A stretch of DNA of 64,000 nt from positions 58,094,001 to 58,158,000 of the forward strand of contig NC_059437.1 of the NCBI RefSeq assembly GCF_021028975.2, in the 5' to 3' direction. This document shows, one piece after another, positions 58,001 through 64,000 of this stretch (position 1 is the first letter of the stretch; every line of letters begins with the position of its first letter). The translations under genes and the position numbers were made by a program. Origin of the DNA: Sphaerodactylus townsendi (Eukaryota). The notes beneath the pieces were generated by a model, which saw only the letters and a list, made by a program, of their open reading frames with translations, searched no databases and was not told where the DNA came from.

Positions 58001-59301
58001 TTTGCTTTCTACAGCCCTGCCTGATAAAAATTATTGACTTCTTTGAAGGAAACGATTTTTACATTGTGTTGGAGTTGTAAGTAACCTATTTGAATGTGTG
58101 TTTCTGTATATTACTTCTGGGAGGGCACTCAAGCCCAGCAATTTAAATGCAGATGATTGAGGAGTTTTTCTGGGAATTTCTGACCTTGAATTGTGGTTTT
58201 AAAAAATCCTGCTTAGGCTGGCTTGTCCTGAGTCAGACCACCAATCTGTCAAAACCAGTCCTGTCTCCTTTGACTGGTAAGGATTCACATCATCCACTAC
58301 CTGATCCTTTGACTAAAGACAGCAGGAATTTAATTAGAAATCTTTTGCATGTAAACAGATACTGTACTGAAGAACTGTGGCCACCTTCCCTGGATTATTG
58401 GGGAGTAGGTTTAAAGAGAGGGAAATTATAAACAGCCTGTAGCGGGGTGCTTTTTAAGTTTGGTCCTTGGAAAAAACAGCCTTGATACAGATGTCACATT
58501 CCAATCATGGCTCAGTGTTACTTGGACAAAATTAAAGGGTCGTGTTTCCTTCTCTTGTTTGCAACCCTGTTTTTTGCAATTTCGGTGCAGTGTCAGAGGA
58601 GGAAAGGGGTTTTGATTGTTACAGCAAAATGTCGCTGTTCAGAGGGCTTTCCGTAAACAGGGTTTGCCTTTCTTCCTAACTGACTTCCAAGACTAGTTCC
58701 AGAGCCTTCTATGCTGCCTGAGGAGAAACAGATGAGATTTAAGCAAAGCAGTCTTTCAAGCCAAGAAGGGGGAGGCGGGGAAGAAGGCCCTTCCTCCCGC
58801 TCCTATCTTTGCTTGTGGTTATTTGTTCATAAACACTGATATGTTGCGTCTCAGGCCTGGCTTATATTTGGGTTGCAGAATGTTTAAAAATGCATCTAAA
58901 ATGATAAAACAATGAAATACCAACAAATTACGTTTGGAGTCAATACATTGGAAGCCATGATCAGATGAGGAAGATTTTCACTTAAATGCCACCCATGAAT
59001 GAAAATCTGAAAAGGGAACTTCCACTGAGCAGGGTCTTGTCCCTGGGACTCTTCTGGAGGGTGGGGGTCTCGGGGAAATGTCTTCACAGTCTTGTGGGTT
59101 AATATGGCTGCTAAAAGCTTCTCTAGGTTGAATCAGTGATCTGAATTGTTCTTGGGTACAAACTGCTAAGAAATGGGTCTTCCTCTGTTCTTGCTTTTCA
59201 GGATGGAAGGGGGGGAGCTATTCGATAGGGTTCTGCCCCCAGCAAGATTGAGTGAAGCGATCTGCAAGTTTTATTTCTACCAGATGCTGTTGGCTGTGCA
59301 G
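50835..59301 (+). CDS. CHEK2: Checkpoint kinase 2, 5' part; join(50835..51021,51175..51299,51392..51539,51957..52047,54812..54920,56163..56216,58015..58076,59202..59301); remaining kinase exons not found in the window
   Basis: FHA domain ([28 protein letters not shown]), then kinase N-lobe ([62 protein letters not shown]). All GT-AG and in phase. Confidence 0.96.
51175..51299 (+). CDS. CHEK2: CHEK2 coding exon 2 (FHA)
   Basis: [12 protein letters not shown]...[10 protein letters not shown]; 125 nt. Confidence 0.95.
51392..51539 (+). CDS. CHEK2: CHEK2 coding exon 3 (FHA)
   Basis: [23 protein letters not shown]...RNK; 148 nt. Confidence 0.95.
51957..52047 (+). CDS. CHEK2: CHEK2 coding exon 4
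   Basis: [29 protein letters not shown]; 91 nt. Confidence 0.95.
53495..53797 (-). mobile_element. tRNA-derived SINE (Squam3-like)
   Basis: Same family; flanking direct repeat CTCTTAGAA. Confidence 0.82.
54132..54432 (-). mobile_element. tRNA-derived SINE (Squam3-like); older copies also at about 6560-6820, 33283-33850, 56345-56565, 59845-60070
   Basis: Shared body and A/B boxes. Confidence 0.78.
54812..54920 (+). CDS. CHEK2: CHEK2 coding exon 5
   Basis: [25 protein letters not shown]...PQI; 109 nt. Confidence 0.95.
54954..55010 (+). repeat. (TACA)n microsatellite
   Basis: Direct reading. Confidence 0.95.
56163..56216 (+). CDS. CHEK2: CHEK2 coding exon 6
   Basis: [18 protein letters not shown]; 54 nt. 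Confidence 0.95.
56660..57690 (-). mobile_element. Degenerate CR1 fragment in CHEK2 intron 6
   Basis: CR1 3' terminus at the left end; reverse-strand YLDFQKAF remnant near 57270-57292. Confidence 0.7.
57728..57768 (+). ncRNA. Minimal hammerhead ribozyme variant in a Penelope terminal-repeat fragment (about 57700-57822)
   Basis: CCU-CUGAAGA-U-GCC...GGU-GAAA-CG-UU-AGG. Confidence 0.62.
58015..58076 (+). CDS. CHEK2: CHEK2 coding exon 7
   Basis: [20 protein letters not shown]; 62 nt. Confidence 0.95.
59202..59301 (+). CDS. CHEK2: CHEK2 coding exon 8
   Basis: [11 protein letters not shown]...[13 protein letters not shown]; 100 nt. Confidence 0.95.
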
Positions 59302-60129
59302 GTAATTCTCAGTTCCTCAAAACAAATGAAGGTGGCTGCCTTGCCTTGCCTTGCCTGTTCTCATTCCTGTTCACGCTGCTGGCTAATGCTGGCTGGTTGG
59401 TACCAAGTGAACGTGCCTGATGCCGTTGTGCTATTTCAAGGCAGCATCTTTTGTGGCCCTTCCAGGAAACCTGGAGATGAGCGAAGGTGTTTGCCTCAAG
59501 AAAAAACGTTAGGATGGGGGAGGGGGGTGATGATAAATTTTTGCAATATGAATTCCCACCGTAGAGTCTCAAAACATTTTTTGTTCTAAATTATTATTAG
59601 GCCAGAATTAGGATAGCTTACAATGATTAAAAATACAATAAATATTAGATAAAATGTATAACATTGATATCCATATATTGTGAACCTGAGTAAAAGATGG
59701 CACCTGTGCCTAATTTCATCTATAAGCATTATATATATATATAGTCGACTCAGTAAAACCCTTTACCATTCGTGGTTAAGCCTCTGCTTGACAGATATGG
59801 GACGGCCAGAGGAGGCACTTCAAATATAAGAGCAGCATGACTATTATTAGTGAGGTAGTTAAGAGCAGGGGGACTCTAATCTGGAGAACTGCGTTTGATT
59901 CCCCACTCTTCCACATGAGAGGTGGAGTCCTTTCTGGTGAACATCTGGGTGACCTTGGGCTGAACTCTCTCAGCCCCACCTACCACCCAAGGTGTCTGTT
60001 GTGGGGAGAGGAAGGGGAGTTTGCAGTCTCCTACAGGAGAGAAAGAGGGGTATAAATTCAAACTCTTCTCTAAAATGTGGGAATCCAAAGCAGGGTCCAG
60101 GGAGGCAGGGAGGGAGGCTGCTGCATATC

Positions 60130-61030
60130 ATCTTTGCCACCCTGAACCATAAACCTGGTGAAAGATCTCCAGCTTACAAGCCCTGCAAAACTGAGCCAAG
60201 TCCTGTAGGACTCGGATATCATTAGGCAGAGAGTTCCACCAGGCAGGGGCCTCCACCAAGTAGTCTGAGGCTGTCAAGGACAACTGGACATGGACCACCA
60301 GAAGATTGCTTCCAGCCAACCGCAAGGCTCTCTGGGGGACATACGAGAAAGACGGTCCTGCAAATATGAAGGCCCCAGATTGTTTCGGACTATAAAAAGG
60401 AGCACTAGCATCTTGAACATGACCTGGTACTTGAAGCCAGTGCAGCTGATGGAGAACCGGTCGTGTATGTGCTCTCCATGGAGTCCCTGTAACAACCACA
60501 CAGCTCCATTCTAGACCAGTTGTTATTTATGGAGCAGCCTCAGGGCAGTCCTGCACAGAGTGATTCACAATGAGGCATTTTATGGATCACAATGGCTAGA
60601 TCACAGCAGGACAGGTGAGGGATTAGATGCTGGACCTGGTGAAGATCTTAAAAAGGCATCCTAGCAACATTGGTGATCTGTACCTTTAATGAAAGGGAGT
60701 GATCACCCCCAAACTCTTGACTGAAACAAATGTTATTAGTTGTGCCCCATCAAGGGCTGGGAGCTGAATCTTCCATTCCAAACCTCCTTGCCCAGCCAAA
60801 GGACCTCCATCTCTGGTCGACTTTAACTTCATCTAACTGCTGCATCCATCTCATCATGATCTCCTACTACCCATCCAAAGTACCCAGGACAGCACGTGGC
60901 CCACTGGCCATTGATAGGTACAAGTGGGAGTCCTCTGCATTCTGATGACTCCCAAACTCTGGAAGAGGGGACACGCAGATGCTGAAGAGCACTGGGGAAA
61001 GGATCGCCCCCGAGGGGCCCCGCATTCTAA
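60130..61030 (-). mobile_element. L2 LINE fragment
   Basis: HTRPVLHQLHWL, APAWWNSLP, GAILSPVLFSI. Confidence 0.7.
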
Positions 61031-61127
61031 TGGGTATTGAGTAGAGACCCTTTCTGCCATCGACACCCTCTGTGTTTGTGTGAGAGAGAATAATATATTG
61101 AATTGGCAAGTCTTTCAGTCTTGAAAG

Positions 61128-64000
61128 GTTTTTTTAATTCTTTATCTTTATCTTTATTAACCTTTAATAGGCATAAATAGATCAAGATTTACACAGACAC
61201 ATTCTTCAGTCTCAAGTATAGTTCAGCAGCAAGGAAACAGACCACATAACCTGACGGTTGACCCCAAGGGGCTCAAATCACTTCAGATTCCTTTTTTTAA
61301 AAGAAACAATTTCTGACAAATGACAACAAATAATTCCCTACATCAGTTAAGTGCAGAAATACAATCCAATTGCAATATAAAATTACAATAAAAATAGATC
61401 TTGTTTAGTAGAAGTGGTTAAAAGCAAATGATGATACATGGCAATAGGTATCCCTACCATGCAGATTAAGACAGATTGGAGAGCGAATACCTATCTTTTA
61501 TATAAGAAGTTCTATCACGTTTGTCTTTATGTGTAATCATATCTTTATACTTTAAAAACTTTGGTCTCCCTGTACCAAATAATAAAAAACCAATTTGGTT
61601 TAGCAAGGTACTGAAGGTATAATTATATGTATATATTTAAAAAAATACACAGTTAAAAGTAATAAATATATGAGAATAAATTGAAGCACTTTCTAAAGTA
61701 GTTTGTCAGGAGTATAGAGCTGCGCCATAATGGTGTTGTATGAGTACGTTGTAACTCTCAAGAGAAAGCATGATATGGCAACTTAGTAGGGTTAGAAATT
61801 TTTCCTGCGCCACTAGTAGGCGCAAGTGTGAGTCAATCACAGAGGCCAACATCTGCATTTTATTTGTTCTGAGCACTCTAGGAGGGACATGGATAAAGAG
61901 GAGTCCAATGGAGCCACAACGACAGTGTCTTTGTTGTTTAGAATCTTGGTGGATACCCTTCCGTTGAAGGTAGGAGGCCTGAAGAAGGAAGACTGTTGAA
62001 TCCATGGCTAACATAAGTGACGGTGGGCAAGCGGTAAAAATGATAGCTGCTAGGTAATTGGCTAAAACTCCATACTCTGGGAAGCTGATGCCCAAAGCTT
62101 TGAGGAGGAACAGACTGGAATTTTGGATGAATGAGAAAGCCTACAAGTTCCATGGTCTTTCGGTCTATAGTCCGTCTTGGTTCTAACTTGAAGAGAAGAT
62201 AAAGTTCTCATTGCTAAGTTTTTGAAGGACAGTTTGGTCCTATTCAATGTCTCCTAATCTTTGTTGGTAATAGCCCTTGGACCCATTTGGAGCAGTAATT
62301 ATCTCTTTAAGTAGGTGTGTTGGTAATATACGTCATCCCTTGGATCTAAAAGTGGATCTTGAGCCAGAATTTTTTATTGTGAAAATCCAAGCTAGGGTTT
62401 TAGACTAATGGATCCAGTCCAATTCAAGACACAGGGAAGTGAGTGAAGGTGATACTTTCAATGAGGACTCCATTACTCCTTCCTCAGAAATGATGCTTGG
62501 ATTAGGATCAATTTCACAGGTTAGAAAGCATTGATCCATATGGGGATCCCAGTAAGGAGTCTCCCTTTGGAACTTCACCTTTGCTTGGAAAATCTCTCAG
62601 AAGGGCAAGCTTAATGATGGATTGAAAACCCTTCCCGTAAATAGGGTAAGAGGCATTACCTGATGGCAGCCTTTTTCGGAAGTTATGGAGCAAGATCTTT
62701 GTAGTGACCACTGGAAATTATAGTAAAATTTAGGGCCTAAATATTTAAAGATTTGACCTTGGATTAAGATGGATGTTATTGATTTTCCATGTCATCTGTT
62801 TCAGAGTTAGAAAGAAAACTACTTATTTTGGATCTTTCACTGTAGATTAACCTTCAGTTCCAGTTTCTATATCACAGTAGTTGAAGAATGCTTTTAAATA
62901 TCCTCATATAAGGCCGACTCTGGCTCTTCTGCGATAGAATAGGCAGTATCAAATTAAATACAAGTAGCAATGGAATAGGATGGCCTCACTGCTTTTCGGT
63001 GGATGTCCTTCCTACCGTGTTAGAGATAATGGTCTCTTGCAGGTCATTTATATATATAAGTTAAATAGGTGCTTGAGGGCAGCACACACCCTGTTGAAGA
63101 AACTCCCTCTTGGGGAAGGTGGGTATTTTTGTTGAGAGAGTGAGTCGAATGGTCTCCAACTTTTACCTGGCAGGAGGTTGCACTGTACAATTTCCGAATC
63201 TAGCATGAATAATAAGCGAGGTGGATCCATGTCCATTTGAATTCTAGCTTGGACCAGAGAAAGGGTCCTAGAGACACTGTGAAGGCATTACTCAGATCCA
63301 AAATGCACTACGTATAGTTCTCTTTTGTCCTTGGTTGGTATATTTGTCCACAAGAAAGAGAGAGAGGGGAATTAGAGACAGTGGTCAGTTGTGTAGATTT
63401 CCGGCTCTAAATCCACCCTGTTAATTGGACCTATAATCCCTGTTTTTATTTTGCCATATCATTAGCTTTGTCTATAAGATATTCTTTTGCATAGAGTTCC
63501 CTAAAGAGTTGATAAGAAGTAAGCTGATAGGTCTGGAAGTTCTCTGGTCTGTTACGTTGTGGTCCTTTCTTATGGATTTCACAAGCACACTAATTTATTG
63601 AGGAGCCAGGCTTCAGGAATTCATTCCATGCCTGGTCAATGAAGGAGAACAACTTGACTAAAATAGGGGTCCACCAGTCGGAGGTGTGTTCAAAGAATAC
63701 CTACTTGAGGATCCTGGATCCGGACCTAAGGGCCTTATTTTTTTTTCTTTAGTGATGAATTCAAATGATGCTGCATGTCCCTCTGAAAGTGTAGGAGGAT
63801 AGCCATGGCGGAATGTTGTCCCCTGGTCCAGCTTTCTCCCATATATCAGGATGTACTATGAGGATCCACGAAGAGAACTTCGAGAAATAGATTAGTCCAT
63901 TAGAGGTCTGGTTACATTTGCAGCAAGTAATGATGATTTGGAAGGTCCGTTCCACTCATTGCCCAGAAATTGTTCTGGGTGTTATTGATTTTAGGGCATC
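61128..64000 (-). mobile_element. Non-LTR retrotransposon RT region, heavily frameshifted (clade uncertain, possibly RTE-X-like)
   Basis: A-rich tail at about 61128-61160; reverse-strand remnants KAGPGDNIPP, TTDHCL, DLSNAF, LWSKLE. Confidence 0.55.

Noticed and set aside
61706-62095. YLQRKGIHQD as the next CHEK2 exon (YLHENGIIHRD)
   Set aside because: Wrong strand and inside a LINE remnant; resemblance is coincidental.
1-64000. CRISPR arrays, operons or prokaryotic defence systems
   Set aside because: Intron-containing vertebrate DNA; no repeat-spacer arrays or bacterial gene structure seen.

Overview
This is eukaryotic (vertebrate) genomic DNA, not a prokaryotic window. The repeat content (CR1, RTE/BovB, L1, L2, R4/Dong, Penelope, hAT MITEs, Squam3-like tRNA SINEs) points to a squamate reptile, probably a gecko (inference). 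Four spliced protein-coding genes were reconstructed by hand from GT-AG boundaries and reading-frame phase: the 5' end of TTC28 (minus, 2 exons), a complete 12-exon class II facilitative hexose transporter (SLC2A11/GLUT11-like, plus, 498 aa), a complete 6-exon HSCB (minus, 222 aa) and the first 8 coding exons of CHEK2 (plus). HSCB and CHEK2 are head-to-head with only 112 nt between their start codons inside one CpG island. Other content: a full-length chromodomain-bearing Ty3/Gypsy LTR element (5-bp TSD) just upstream of TTC28, three hAT MITEs with perfect 8-bp TSDs, and Penelope-like element ends carrying minimal hammerhead ribozymes. Most notable: (1) this CHEK2 has Ala at the position of the activating ATM site Thr68 and no SQ/TQ motif in its N-terminal domain; (2) four hammerhead ribozyme motifs, one in sense inside a CHEK2 intron; (3) a GLUT11-like transporter with a GLUT8-type N-terminal dileucine sorting signal, sitting where the human gene order differs. 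Most long ORFs in the supplied track are GC-rich CpG-island or repeat artefacts. All identifications come from recognition of sequence motifs; no database search was run.
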